Assembly (NCBI GenBank): GCA_943788315.1
Contig: CALSPU010000001.1
Span: 529,901 to 593,900, forward strand
DNA: 64,000 bases
Source of the DNA: an uncultured Flavobacteriaceae bacterium
Lineage (GTDB): Bacteria > Bacteroidota > Bacteroidia > Flavobacteriales > Flavobacteriaceae
Direction of reading: 5' to 3'
Every line of letters starts with the position of its first letter. Within the stretch, counting starts at the first letter, position 1. A program made the position numbers and the translations under genes. A model generated the notes under the pieces. That model was not told the origin of the DNA. It worked only from the letters and a program-made list of their open reading frames with translations, and ran no database searches. Shown here piece by piece: positions 43,645 through 53,771 of this stretch.

Positions 43645-44616
43645 ATGGCAAAAGTAAAATATTATTACGACTCTGATACCCTAAGCTATCGTAGAATAGA
43701 AAAATCAAAAGGAAATATTTCTAAGATAATTATTCTAAGTTTCTTTGGGCTTGTTCTAATAATGCTCTCAGGTTTTGTTGTATTAAGTCAGTTTTTAAAA
43801 ACTCCAAATCAATTAGCACAAGAGAGAGAGTTAGAAAATCTTAAATTTAACTACGAACTGTTAAATAAACGATTAGACGAAAGCTCTTCTATTTTATCTC
43901 AATTACAACAAAGAGATAACAATATTTACAGAGCTTACTTTGAGGCTAATCCTATTCCAGAAGAACAACGAAAAGCTGGCTTTGGTGGTGTAAATAGATA
44001 TAGTTATTTAAATGGTTATGACAATTCTAAACTCATAAAAGAAGCCACAAAAAAAATAGATATTTTATCGAAACAAATGGTTGTTCAATCGAAGTCATTG
44101 GATGAAATTGTTGTGTTGGCAAAAAATAAAAAAGAAATGCTAGCTTCAATACCAGCAATTCAGCCAGTCGCAAATAAAAACTTGAAACGAATGGCTTCTG
44201 GTTATGGGTACAGAATACACCCCATTTACAAAACTAGAAAGTTTCATTGGGGAATGGACTTTTCTGCTCCAAGAGGCACACCGGTATATGCTACAGGAAA
44301 TGGGAAAGTAGAAAAAGTTAAAAGGTCTAGAAGAGGTTATGGAAACCAAGTTAAAATAAATCATGGATTTGGGTATAAAACATTTTATGCACATCTAGAA
44401 AAATATACTGTTCGTAAAAATCAAAAAGTAAAACGTGGAGATTTAATTGGTTATGTAGGAACCTCAGGGATTTCAACAGCTCCGCATCTTCACTATGAAG
44501 TGATAAAAGGAAATAAAAAATTAAATCCTGTCTATTTTTATTTTAGTGATTTAACTGCAGAAGAATATGATAGAATGTTAGAATTGGCTTCACAAGAAAA
44601 TCAATCATTAGACTAA
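43645..44616 (+). CDS. M23 family peptidoglycan endopeptidase
   Basis: TM segment plus coiled coil; HWGMD, YAHL, HLHYEV. Confidence 0.92.
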   Translation: MAKVKYYYDSDTLSYRRIEKSKGNISKIIILSFFGLVLIMLSGFVVLSQFLKTPNQLAQERELENLKFNYELLNKRLDESSSILSQLQQRDNNIYRAYFEANPIPEEQRKAGFGGVNRYSYLNGYDNSKLIKEATKKIDILSKQMVVQSKSLDEIVVLAKNKKEMLASIPAIQPVANKNLKRMASGYGYRIHPIYKTRKFHWGMDFSAPRGTPVYATGNGKVEKVKRSRRGYGNQVKINHGFGYKTFYAHLEKYTVRKNQKVKRGDLIGYVGTSGISTAPHLHYEVIKGNKKLNPVYFYFSDLTAEEYDRMLELASQENQSLD

Positions 44617-44945
44617 TGCATATAGATCTGCCCGAAAAAAGATATTATAAAATAGGTGAGGTGGCCAAAGCATTTAATGTAAATACTTCTTTAATACGTT
44701 TTTGGGAAAAAGAATTTGAAATTATTAAGCCCAAAAAAAATGCAAAAGGAAATCGTTTATTTACTTCCAACGATGTCTCCAACTTTAAACTTATCTATAA
44801 TCTTGTCAAAGAAAGGGGTTTTACTTTAGAAGGAGCTAAACAAAAATTAAAGAAAAATCCGCTTGGTACGATAAACAATCATGAAATCGTAAGTAGATTA
44901 GAATCTGTAAAAGCAGAACTAATTAAGATAAAAAACCACCTATAA
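44616..44945 (+). CDS. MerR-family HTH regulator
   Basis: YKIGEVA...SLIRFWEKEF...GNRLF. Confidence 0.9.
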   Translation: MHIDLPEKRYYKIGEVAKAFNVNTSLIRFWEKEFEIIKPKKNAKGNRLFTSNDVSNFKLIYNLVKERGFTLEGAKQKLKKNPLGTINNHEIVSRLESVKAELIKIKNHL

Positions 44946-44972
44946 AATACTATGCATGCATAGTATTTTATA
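44941..44972. promoter_or_regulatory. Perfect 32-bp palindrome, candidate operator of the acyl-CoA dehydrogenase operon
   Basis: TATAAAATACTATGCA|TGCATAGTATTTTATA, 65 bp upstream of the ATG at 45038. Confidence 0.65.
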
Positions 44973-45037
44973 ATTATTTGTCCTATCTTCGTAGCATTAA
45001 GTAAAAAAACATCAATTTTTAAAAAACGTAAGATAAT

Positions 45038-46849
45038 ATGGCTGAAAAGTATGTTGACATAGATACATTAAAATATCTTCTTTATGATATTCACAATTTA
45101 GAAGACCTTTTAGTTAGAGATCGTTTTCAAGATCATGATAAAGAATCACTAGACATGTTTATAGATTCAGTCAAAGAGTTTGCAGATAGAGAATTATTCC
45201 CGTATGTAAAAGAAATGGATGAAAATCCAGCTTACCATAAAGACGGTAAAGTATTTGTTCATGATCAAGTAAAAACAATGATGTATAAGGGAGGAGAAAT
45301 GGGCTTAATTTCAGCGCCATTTAATTATGAAGATGGAGGAATGCAAATTCCTTTCCTTTCACATACTGCTGCTACTTACATCTTAGATGCTGCAAATAAT
45401 CATTTACCTGGTTATGCAGGGTTAACTCAAGGAGCTGCAGAGCTTATTATTCATTTTGCAAATAAGGAACTAAACCAAACCTATGTGCCAAACATGCTTT
45501 CTGGACAATGGGGCGGTACAATGTGTTTAACAGAACCTCAAGCTGGAAGTTCTTTGTCTGATATTGTTACAAAGGCAACACCTACCCAAGACGGATATTA
45601 TAAAATTTCTGGGCAGAAAATTTTTATTTCTGGAGGAGATAACAATTTCACTGAAAATGTGGTTCATTTAGTACTCGCTAGAATTGAAGGAGCACCAAAA
45701 GGAACAAAAGGGATTTCTTTATTTGTTGTCCCTAAGAATCGTCCTTCAAGTGATGGAGCATTAGAATTTAACGATGTGACTACTGTCGCAGACTTTCAGA
45801 AGATGGGACAACGAGGCTACTGCACTACTCATTTAGGTTTTGGAGATGCAGACGACTGTAAAGGATGGATTGTAGGTGAACCCAATGAAGGTTTAAAGTA
45901 CATGTTTTTAATGATGAATTCTGCTAGAATTGCAGTAGGAAGAGGAGCTTCTGCTATTGCTTGTGCGGCTTATCATGCTTCTTTACAATATGCAAATGAA
46001 CGTCCTCAAGGTAGAAAGTTATCAAGTGACGGTAAGAAAAACCCAGCGGAGAAACAGGCCTTGATCATAGAACACCCAGACGTTAGAAGAATGCTATTGA
46101 TGCAAAAATCTGTTGTAGAAGGGTCTATGAGTTTGGTTTTTTTAGCAGCTAAATATTACGATATCATAGAAACTGCTACTTCACCAGAAGAAAAAGAGAA
46201 ATACAATCTTCTATTGGAAATGATTATCCCAATTGTAAAAACATATCCTTCAGAAGCTGGATCTGCTTCTGTAAATAATGGATTACAAGTACTAGGAGGT
46301 TATGGTTTCTGTGCAGATTTTATTTTACAACAATATTACAGAGATATTAGAATATCTGCCTTGTATGAAGGAACAACAGGAATTCAATCTCAAGACTTAT
46401 TGGGTAGAAAGGTAACCATGAGTAACGGTAAAGCATTGCAATTACTTTCTGCTGAAATTATGACAACAATTAAAGCAGCCTCAGCAATAGATGAATTACA
46501 ATCTTATGCCAATACGCTAGGAGCAAAATTAAAACTTACAGAAAAAGTATTGGGTCATTTGATGCCTCATGCAATGAAAGGTGATTACGAACGATATCTT
46601 GCTGATGCTTCCATTTTTATGGAATTTTTTAGTCTTATAATAATGAGTTGGACATGGTTAGATCTAGGAGTACATGCAACAAAAGCTGCTAAATCTAATG
46701 GAACCTATTCAAAAGACTTCTATGAAAGTAAAATTCATACCATGAAATACTTCTTCACGTATGAGTTGCCAAAAACTACAGGATTATCTGAAATTTTATT
46801 GAATTCTGAATCCATTACCATTAAGAAAGAAACAGAACCTGTAATGTAA
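45038..46849 (+). CDS. Acyl-CoA dehydrogenase (~600-aa FadE5/DmdC-like group)
   Basis: MCLTEPQAGS, KIFISGG, GTKGISLF, IIEHPDVRRML, YEGTTGIQ. Confidence 0.9.
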   Translation: MAEKYVDIDTLKYLLYDIHNLEDLLVRDRFQDHDKESLDMFIDSVKEFADRELFPYVKEMDENPAYHKDGKVFVHDQVKTMMYKGGEMGLISAPFNYEDGGMQIPFLSHTAATYILDAANNHLPGYAGLTQGAAELIIHFANKELNQTYVPNMLSGQWGGTMCLTEPQAGSSLSDIVTKATPTQDGYYKISGQKIFISGGDNNFTENVVHLVLARIEGAPKGTKGISLFVVPKNRPSSDGALEFNDVTTVADFQKMGQRGYCTTHLGFGDADDCKGWIVGEPNEGLKYMFLMMNSARIAVGRGASAIACAAYHASLQYANERPQGRKLSSDGKKNPAEKQALIIEHPDVRRMLLMQKSVVEGSMSLVFLAAKYYDIIETATSPEEKEKYNLLLEMIIPIVKTYPSEAGSASVNNGLQVLGGYGFCADFILQQYYRDIRISALYEGTTGIQSQDLLGRKVTMSNGKALQLLSAEIMTTIKAASAIDELQSYANTLGAKLKLTEKVLGHLMPHAMKGDYERYLADASIFMEFFSLIIMSWTWLDLGVHATKAAKSNGTYSKDFYESKIHTMKYFFTYELPKTTGLSEILLNSESITIKKETEPVM

Positions 46850-47622
46850 TGAATACACATCAACAATTTAATTTAGAAGGAAAGGTAGCCATCATAACAG
46901 GCTCTAGTAAAGGAATAGGGAAAGCTATAGCAAAAGGATTGGCTGAAAAAGGGGCACAAGTAGTGATTAGCAGTAGAAGCCAAGACGCTTGTGATGAGGT
47001 GGTGAAAGAATTTACTGAACTAGGATTAAAGGCCACTGGAATTGCTTGCCATATTGGTAAAGCAGCTCAAAGGAAGGCTTTGGTAGATCAAACAATTAAT
47101 GATCTAGGTCGCATAGATATTTTAGTAAACAATGCTGCTATTAATCCTGTTTTTGGACCTATAGAAGATGTAGACCCTGCAATTTTTGATAAGATTATGG
47201 ATGTAAATGTAAAAGCTCCATGGGCATTGTCAAATTTAGTCTTACCCTTCATGCAAGAACACAAAAACGGGAGCATTATAAATATAGCCTCTGTAGAGGC
47301 TTTAACCCCTGGGTTGGGATTAGGATTGTACAGTACAAGTAAAGCTGCTATTTTAATGCTAACAAAAAATCAAGCGAAAGAATGGGGGCAATACGGGATA
47401 AGGGCTAATGCCATTTGTCCAGGATTAATTCAAACAAAATTTAGTGCCGCTTTATGGACTAATGAAAAGCTGTTGCATAAAGTACAAAAAACTATTCCAA
47501 GCGGTCGTATGGGGCAGCCAGAGGAAATGGTTGGTATTGCTGCTTTATTGGCCTCAAATGCAGGTGCATATATGACAGGAGGCGTATACACCGCTGATGG
47601 TGGATATATGATCGCTGGTTAA
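46849..47622 (+). CDS. SDR oxidoreductase (DHRS4-like)
   Basis: [17 protein letters not shown]. Confidence 0.9.
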   Translation: MNTHQQFNLEGKVAIITGSSKGIGKAIAKGLAEKGAQVVISSRSQDACDEVVKEFTELGLKATGIACHIGKAAQRKALVDQTINDLGRIDILVNNAAINPVFGPIEDVDPAIFDKIMDVNVKAPWALSNLVLPFMQEHKNGSIINIASVEALTPGLGLGLYSTSKAAILMLTKNQAKEWGQYGIRANAICPGLIQTKFSAALWTNEKLLHKVQKTIPSGRMGQPEEMVGIAALLASNAGAYMTGGVYTADGGYMIAG

Positions 47623-47636
47623 AATTAAATAAACTT

Positions 47637-48854
47637 ATGAACTTCGAATATTCTCAAAAATCAGTAGATCTACAAAAAAAACTTACTGATTTCATTAATA
47701 AACACATTGTACCTGTAGAGGATGAATTTTACGCTTTCCAAAAAGATCCAGAAAATATCTGGACACGTTGGCCTAAAATAGAAGAATTAAAACAAAAAGC
47801 TAAGGCTGTAGGGTTATGGAATCTTTTTTTACCTAAAGATTATGGAAATTTAAGCCCGGGTCTAACAAACTTGGAATATGCTCCTTTAGCAGGAATTATG
47901 GGAAAACGTATTTGGATTTCAGAAATTTTTAATTGTTCTGCGCCTGATACTGGAAACATGGAAGTATTAGCCAAATACGGAAGTGATTCTCAAAAGAAAG
48001 AATGGCTAACCCCTTTAATGAATGGTGAAATTCGTTCGGCATTTTTAATGACTGAGCCAGAAGTGGCTTCTTCAGATGCTACAAATATTGAAACTTCTAT
48101 CGTTTTAGATGGAGATCATTATGTGATTAATGGAAGGAAGTGGTGGTCTAGTGGTGGTATGGACCCCCATTGTAAAGTAGCCATAGTGATGGGAAAAACA
48201 GATCCAACTGCACATCGCCATCAACAACAGAGTATGGTATTGGTTCCTTTAGATACTCCTGGTCTAAAAATTATTAGACCGTTATCTGTTTTGGGATTTT
48301 ATGATTCACCAGAGGGTCATGCAGAAATTGAATTAAACAATGTTCGTGTTCCTAAAGAAAATTTAATTTTAGGTGAAGGGAGAGGATTTGAAATTGCTCA
48401 AGGACGTCTTGGGCCTGGAAGAATTCACCATTGTATGAGACTTGTAGGTATGGCTCAGTATGCACTAGAACTGATGTCTAAAAGAACCTTGGAGCGTGAA
48501 GCTTTTGGTAAGAAGTTTTATGATTTTAGTAGTATTCGTCAAGAAATTGCCATTTCAAAATGTGAAATTGAACAGGCCCGCTTACTTACCCTTTCAGCCG
48601 CTGATAAAATGGATAAATTAGGCAATAAAGAAGCAAAAGACATCATCGCAATGATAAAAATTGTTGCTCCAGATATGGCTTTAAAAGTAATCGATAGAGC
48701 CATTCAAATTCTCGGAGGAAAAGGTGTTGGACCAGACACACATTTGGCGCATTATTTTGCCATTGCGAGGATGTTACGTTTGGCAGATGGCCCAGATGAA
48801 GTTCATATGTATCAGTTAGGGAAAAGTGTCATTCGATCTTACGGAAAATTATAA
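47637..48854 (+). CDS. Acyl-CoA dehydrogenase, ACAD10/11 (LvaC/FadE2)-type
   Basis: [44 protein letters not shown]. Confidence 0.9.
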   Translation: MNFEYSQKSVDLQKKLTDFINKHIVPVEDEFYAFQKDPENIWTRWPKIEELKQKAKAVGLWNLFLPKDYGNLSPGLTNLEYAPLAGIMGKRIWISEIFNCSAPDTGNMEVLAKYGSDSQKKEWLTPLMNGEIRSAFLMTEPEVASSDATNIETSIVLDGDHYVINGRKWWSSGGMDPHCKVAIVMGKTDPTAHRHQQQSMVLVPLDTPGLKIIRPLSVLGFYDSPEGHAEIELNNVRVPKENLILGEGRGFEIAQGRLGPGRIHHCMRLVGMAQYALELMSKRTLEREAFGKKFYDFSSIRQEIAISKCEIEQARLLTLSAADKMDKLGNKEAKDIIAMIKIVAPDMALKVIDRAIQILGGKGVGPDTHLAHYFAIARMLRLADGPDEVHMYQLGKSVIRSYGKL

Positions 48855-48856
48855 CT

Positions 48857-49915
48857 ATGTCTAATCAAGAAGTTCGAAAAGGGGAGGAGTTACCAGAAAA
48901 AAATCTCAAAGAATTTTTACACCAACGTCATTTGATTAATTCGCTTCATAGTGAATTATTTGTCAAGCAGTTTACGCATGGGTATTCCAATTTAACCTAT
49001 TTAATATCTCTTGAGGATAAGGAGTATGTGCTTCGCAAGCCACCATTAGGCGCTATTAAACGTGGTCATGATATGAGTAGGGAGTTTAAAGTTCAAACTG
49101 CAGTAAAAAAAGAGTTTTCTAAAGTTCCAAAAATGTTTGCGTATTCAAATGATGAGGCTATCCTTGGAAGTGAATTCTACATTATGGAAAAAGTAGATGG
49201 AATTATTCTAAACTTCAAAGAAGCAAAACATAGAGCCATCCCAGCTCATGATTATAAAACCATTGCCAATACGTGGTTAGATACCTTCACAGAATTACAT
49301 ACACTAGATTATAATTCGGTTGGGTTGTCTGATTTAGGAAAGCCAAAAGGTTATGTAAATAGACAAGTAACCAATTGGGGAAAACAATACCTAAAAGCAG
49401 CAACACAAGATGTTCCTGCTGCTCTTGAAGTTATGCAATGGATGCAAGAACATCAACCAAAAACCTATCAACATTGTCTGATACATAATGATTATAAATA
49501 TGATAATGTAGTCTTTAAAGATACTTCTTGGAAAGATATTACTGCTGTTTTAGATTGGGAAATGGCTACACTTGGTGATCCATTAATGGATTTAGGAACA
49601 TCACTTGGGTATTGGACCTTGGCTTCAGATCATGATTTTGTGAAGCAAGGAATTCCTTCTCCAACAATTTTTGAAGGCAACCCAATTAGAAGTGAAATCG
49701 TAGCTTCTTATTCAAATAAATCTGGAAGAGATATTCATAATATCGTATTTTATTATGCCTTTGGTTTGTTTAAAATAGCGGTGATAGCTCAGCAAATATA
49801 TTACAGATATAGTAAGGGGTTAACCTCAGATCCTCGTTTTGCTCATCTTGATAAAGCCGCAGAATTATGCTGTAATTTAGCCTTAAAATCTATAAAAACG
49901 AATTCCATAGATTAG
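48857..49915 (+). CDS. APH-family phosphotransferase (ACAD10/11 kinase / LvaA-like)
   Basis: GYSNLTY, VLRKPP, HDMSRE, HNDYKYDN, LDWEMATLGDP. Confidence 0.9.
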   Translation: MSNQEVRKGEELPEKNLKEFLHQRHLINSLHSELFVKQFTHGYSNLTYLISLEDKEYVLRKPPLGAIKRGHDMSREFKVQTAVKKEFSKVPKMFAYSNDEAILGSEFYIMEKVDGIILNFKEAKHRAIPAHDYKTIANTWLDTFTELHTLDYNSVGLSDLGKPKGYVNRQVTNWGKQYLKAATQDVPAALEVMQWMQEHQPKTYQHCLIHNDYKYDNVVFKDTSWKDITAVLDWEMATLGDPLMDLGTSLGYWTLASDHDFVKQGIPSPTIFEGNPIRSEIVASYSNKSGRDIHNIVFYYAFGLFKIAVIAQQIYYRYSKGLTSDPRFAHLDKAAELCCNLALKSIKTNSID

Positions 49916-49917
49916 CA

Positions 49918-50292
49918 ATGAGTGGTCAAATAGATTTACAAAGTGGTATAAAGCAATTACAAGAATTTCCCGAAGGACGACCTGTTTTTATGCTTAATTA
50001 TTTGAATTATAAAAAAATAGTTTCAGAAACAGGAAAAACTGGCAAGGAAACCTATGCAGATTATTTAAAAGCAGCTGTTCCTTTTTTTAATACTTTAGAT
50101 GCACAGATTATTTTTAAAGGATCACCGCTAGCTACTATTATAGGACCTTTAGACGAACCTCTTTGGGATGAGGTACTTATTGTACGATATGCTAGTAAAA
50201 ATGAGTTTTTTAAATTAATGGAAATGAAAGATTATCCCAGAGATCTTAGAGCTTTAGCATTAACTGATTCTCGATTAATTTTTTGCAAATAG
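49918..50292 (+). CDS. DUF1330-like protein
   Basis: PVFMLNYL...WDEVLIVRY...RALALTDSRL pattern. Confidence 0.7.
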   Translation: MSGQIDLQSGIKQLQEFPEGRPVFMLNYLNYKKIVSETGKTGKETYADYLKAAVPFFNTLDAQIIFKGSPLATIIGPLDEPLWDEVLIVRYASKNEFFKLMEMKDYPRDLRALALTDSRLIFCK

Positions 50293-50362
50293 TTTTTAAA
50301 TAAAATAGAAATCCTTTTAGAGTGTTAAATTAATAATTATCTAAACAAACAAATCAAGTAAT

Positions 50363-51115
50363 ATGGAAGTGAAAAATAAAGTAGTAATTGTAACAGGAGC
50401 AGGTTCAGGAATCGGAAAAGCAGCAGCAATTCATTTTGCTACTCATGGTGCAACAGTTGTGGTTTCTGATCTTAATTTTGACAGTGCAAAAAAGGTATCA
50501 AATGAAATTGTAACCCATGGGGGAGTATCGTTAGCTGTTAAAACAGATGTCACTAAATTTCAAGAGGTTGAAGATTTAGTAAATCAAACCATAAGTAATT
50601 ATGAAAAATTAGATGTAATTGTAAACAATGCAGGAATTGGACCTAATTTACTGCCAACACATAAAGCTAGATTAGAAGATTGGGATAGGGTAATTGCTGT
50701 AAACCAAACCGGAGTTTTTTATTGCATGAAAGTAGCCTTGCAACAATTTTTAAAACAAGGATATGGTAATATTGTAAATATTGCTTCGTTGGCGGGTTTG
50801 AAAGCTTCTCCAAATAATATCAGTTATAGCGCTAGTAAATTTGCAGTGGTAGGAATGACAAAATCTGCGGCTATGGAGTATGCAACAAAAAATATTAGAA
50901 TTAATGCGGTTTGTCCAGGATATACAGAGTCTGCCTTATTAGATCAGTTAATTAATGCAAAACCAGAAATGGATGCCATTTTAAAGAGCGTTATACCCAT
51001 GAAACGTTATGGAAAAGCTAGTGAAATAGCAGATGCAATAGTATGGCTAGCTTCTGATCAAACAAAATTTATGACGGGTCAAACCATTACATTAGACGGA
51101 GGAACATCTCTGTAG
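50363..51115 (+). CDS. SDR oxidoreductase
   Basis: TGAGSGIG, NNAG, YSASK. Confidence 0.9.
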   Translation: MEVKNKVVIVTGAGSGIGKAAAIHFATHGATVVVSDLNFDSAKKVSNEIVTHGGVSLAVKTDVTKFQEVEDLVNQTISNYEKLDVIVNNAGIGPNLLPTHKARLEDWDRVIAVNQTGVFYCMKVALQQFLKQGYGNIVNIASLAGLKASPNNISYSASKFAVVGMTKSAAMEYATKNIRINAVCPGYTESALLDQLINAKPEMDAILKSVIPMKRYGKASEIADAIVWLASDQTKFMTGQTITLDGGTSL

Positions 51116-51158
51116 GGTTTATACTATTACCTAATAAATGTAATTATATTTAGCGAGC

Positions 51159-52709
51159 TTAAGAGCTACATGATAGCATCGAGCAACCTACTTTATGTCT
51201 TGCCCATTCCGGTCTTTTTGTAAACCAATGCTCAAATTCAGGTTGTTCTTCGTACGGTTTTTTAAGGACTTGATACAATTCTTCAACTAACGAGATATCT
51301 CCCTTATTTGCCTTGTCTATAGCTAATTGGGCCATATAATTTCGAAGAACATACTTAGGGTTTTTTGTTTTCATGAGCTGTTCACGTTCCTCATTGGGTG
51401 TGGTTTCCCTTTCCAAGCGTTTTGCATAGCTAACAAACCAATGTTTCCAATCAGTCAAAACTTTTCCAACTAATTGTTCTGGAGAATAAAAAGCATCTTG
51501 AATTAATTCGATTCCTTTTTCTGCTTGTTTAGGATTAAAAGAACTTAACAATCTGAAGAATATCGTCATGTCTGTTTCAATGGCTTGAAGATTATCCTCT
51601 AAAGATTGAATTAAGTTAATGTCTGTTTCCTCAGCTAAAACTAAGCCTAATTTAGCACGCATCATGTTTAGAGACTTTTTTGCAAACGTATTTTTATACT
51701 CTTCTAAGATTTCCTCTAAAGGAGCAGTTTCATCTATTAATGGGTACAGTGCATTAGCTAACTGATATAGATTCCACAATCCAATGTTAGGCTGGTTTCC
51801 GTATCGATACCTTTTGTGTTGTTTGTCTGTGGTGTTTGGTGTCCAACCAAAATCAAAACCTTCAAGCCATCCGTAGGGTCCATAATCAATAGTAAGACCA
51901 AGAATAGACATATTGTCTGTATTCATAACCCCATGAACAAAACCTACTCGTTGCCAATGAATAATCATTTCTAGGGTCTTATTACTTACTTCTTGAAAGA
52001 ATTTTAGGTACACTTCTTTGCAAGGCTTTCCTAAATGAGAAAAATGACGAAGGATGGTATAATCTGTTAGGATTTTTAAATTTTTGAGATCATTTCTAGC
52101 TGCAAATAGTTCAAAATTACCAAAGCGTAAAAAAGACTGGGCAACTCTAGAAACTATAGCTCCTTTTTCATAAGCAGGATTACCATCATACAATACATCT
52201 CTCAATACTTGATCTCCTGTTAAACTGAGAGAAAGCGCTCTGGTAGTAGGAACTCCAAGATGATGCATGGCTTCACTACATAAATATTCTCTAATCGAAG
52301 ATCGCAGCACTGCCAATCCGTCTGCTGTTCTAGAATAGGGTGTTGGACCAGCTCCTTTGAGTTGTAATGCCCAATTTTTAATTTCTCCTAAATTTATGGC
52401 TCTTCCATCCCCTAATTGACCCGCCCAATTTCCAAATTGATGTCCTGCATAACACATCGCAAAGGGTTTTGAATTTTCTGGTATGCTATTCCCAGTCATT
52501 ACCTCTAGAAATTCTTTGGATTGAATGTCTTGTTCAGAAAAGCCCAATTCTTCAGACATTTCTTTAGATACATGAAGTAATAAAGGATTTGATGTTTTGA
52601 TTGGGTTCACAAATGAAAAAGCAGCAGCTGTTACCTGCCGTCTAGAATTATCTAAATTCGGGTCACCAGGCAATTGGTCTGTAAATTGATTTGTGATTTT
52701 TAGTTTCAG
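51159..52709 (-). CDS. selO: Protein adenylyltransferase SelO/YdiU
   Basis: YAGHQFG, LGDGRA, LKGAGPTPYSR, GFVHGVMNTDN, IDYGPY; ends CSMLSCSS; frame extends upstream to a CTG at 52709 (start uncertain). Confidence 0.93.
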   Translation of the reverse strand: MKLKITNQFTDQLPGDPNLDNSRRQVTAAAFSFVNPIKTSNPLLLHVSKEMSEELGFSEQDIQSKEFLEVMTGNSIPENSKPFAMCYAGHQFGNWAGQLGDGRAINLGEIKNWALQLKGAGPTPYSRTADGLAVLRSSIREYLCSEAMHHLGVPTTRALSLSLTGDQVLRDVLYDGNPAYEKGAIVSRVAQSFLRFGNFELFAARNDLKNLKILTDYTILRHFSHLGKPCKEVYLKFFQEVSNKTLEMIIHWQRVGFVHGVMNTDNMSILGLTIDYGPYGWLEGFDFGWTPNTTDKQHKRYRYGNQPNIGLWNLYQLANALYPLIDETAPLEEILEEYKNTFAKKSLNMMRAKLGLVLAEETDINLIQSLEDNLQAIETDMTIFFRLLSSFNPKQAEKGIELIQDAFYSPEQLVGKVLTDWKHWFVSYAKRLERETTPNEEREQLMKTKNPKYVLRNYMAQLAIDKANKGDISLVEELYQVLKKPYEEQPEFEHWFTKRPEWARHKVGCSMLSCSS

Positions 52710-52710
52710 T

Positions 52711-53244
52711 TTATTTTAATTTATCTGAATGTAATGTTCTTAGTTTTTGCAATTTTGGATGAATCACATAAGAGCAATAACCAGCATTAGGATTGTTTTT
52801 GTAATAGGCTTGATGCTCTTCTTCTGCCTCATAGAAGATTGACAAAGGACTAATTTCAGTCACTATTTTTACTTGATAAACAGGAGTTAATGTTTTGATA
52901 ACAGTATGTGCTATTTTTTCTTGATATTCATTGTGATAATAAATAACAGATCGATATTGAGTCCCTACATCTGCTCCTTGCCGGTTGAGTTGTGTGGGAT
53001 CATGTGTAGTCATGAAAATGATTAAAACAGACTCATAAGAAATGATGTTTTCATCATAGGTAACTTGAATTACTTCTGCATGCCCAGTTAAGCCAGAGCA
53101 TATTTCTCTGTACGTTGGTTTTCCAGGAGCATTCCCTCCACTATAGCCAGAAACAACTTTTTTAATCCCTTTTACTTCTAAAAAAACGGCTTCTGTACAC
53201 CAAAAACATCCCCCTCCAAAAGTTGCTAGTTGTAAGTTAGTCAT
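52711..53244 (-). CDS. msrA: Peptide-methionine (S)-sulfoxide reductase
   Basis: GGCFWC, GHAE, QGADVGTQYRS, AEEEHQ. Confidence 0.96.
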   Translation of the reverse strand: MTNLQLATFGGGCFWCTEAVFLEVKGIKKVVSGYSGGNAPGKPTYREICSGLTGHAEVIQVTYDENIISYESVLIIFMTTHDPTQLNRQGADVGTQYRSVIYYHNEYQEKIAHTVIKTLTPVYQVKIVTEISPLSIFYEAEEEHQAYYKNNPNAGYCSYVIHPKLQKLRTLHSDKLK

Positions 53245-53689
53245 CTGTTTTCATTAATTTTATTGAGGCAGAATTTACACAGTATCGCAATCCGCTTGGC
53301 TCTGGGCCATCAGGAAAAACATGTCCTAGATGGCTATCGCAGGTATTGCAAAGCACTTCAACTCTAACCATTCCATAAGATGTATCTTTTATATATTGTA
53401 TAGCATTTTCTTCTATAGGTTGGGTAAAGCTGGGCCATCCAGAACTTGAATTAAACTTAATGGTAGAGTCAAATAAGTTTGTGCTACAACAAACACATTG
53501 ATACACCCCGCCTTCAAAAATAGTGCATAAGGATCCTGTATGAGGTCTTTCAGTTCCGTGTAATCTACAGATTTGAAATTGCTCGGGTGTTAACAAAGCG
53601 CGCCATTCATCTTCAGTTTTTTCAACTCGTTTATAGGGTATTGGGTTTCCATTCACTGAAAAGTGAATAACATCTTTCCATGTAATCAT
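53237..53689 (-). CDS. msrB: Peptide-methionine (R)-sulfoxide reductase
   Basis: GTERP, GWPSF, HLGHVF, RYCVNS; two CxxC. Confidence 0.96.
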   Translation of the reverse strand: MITWKDVIHFSVNGNPIPYKRVEKTEDEWRALLTPEQFQICRLHGTERPHTGSLCTIFEGGVYQCVCCSTNLFDSTIKFNSSSGWPSFTQPIEENAIQYIKDTSYGMVRVEVLCNTCDSHLGHVFPDGPEPSGLRYCVNSASIKLMKTDD

Positions 53690-53771
53690 TGCTCTAAATT
53701 TTATATAAAATTACTGAAATAGTAGCAAATAATAGAGGGTCTTTAGTCAGTTTTAACGTTAAGTTTAACAA

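Noticed and set aside
51159-51185. Selenocysteine in SelO
   Set aside because: The C-terminus encodes Cys (CSS) and ends in TAA; there is no in-frame TGA
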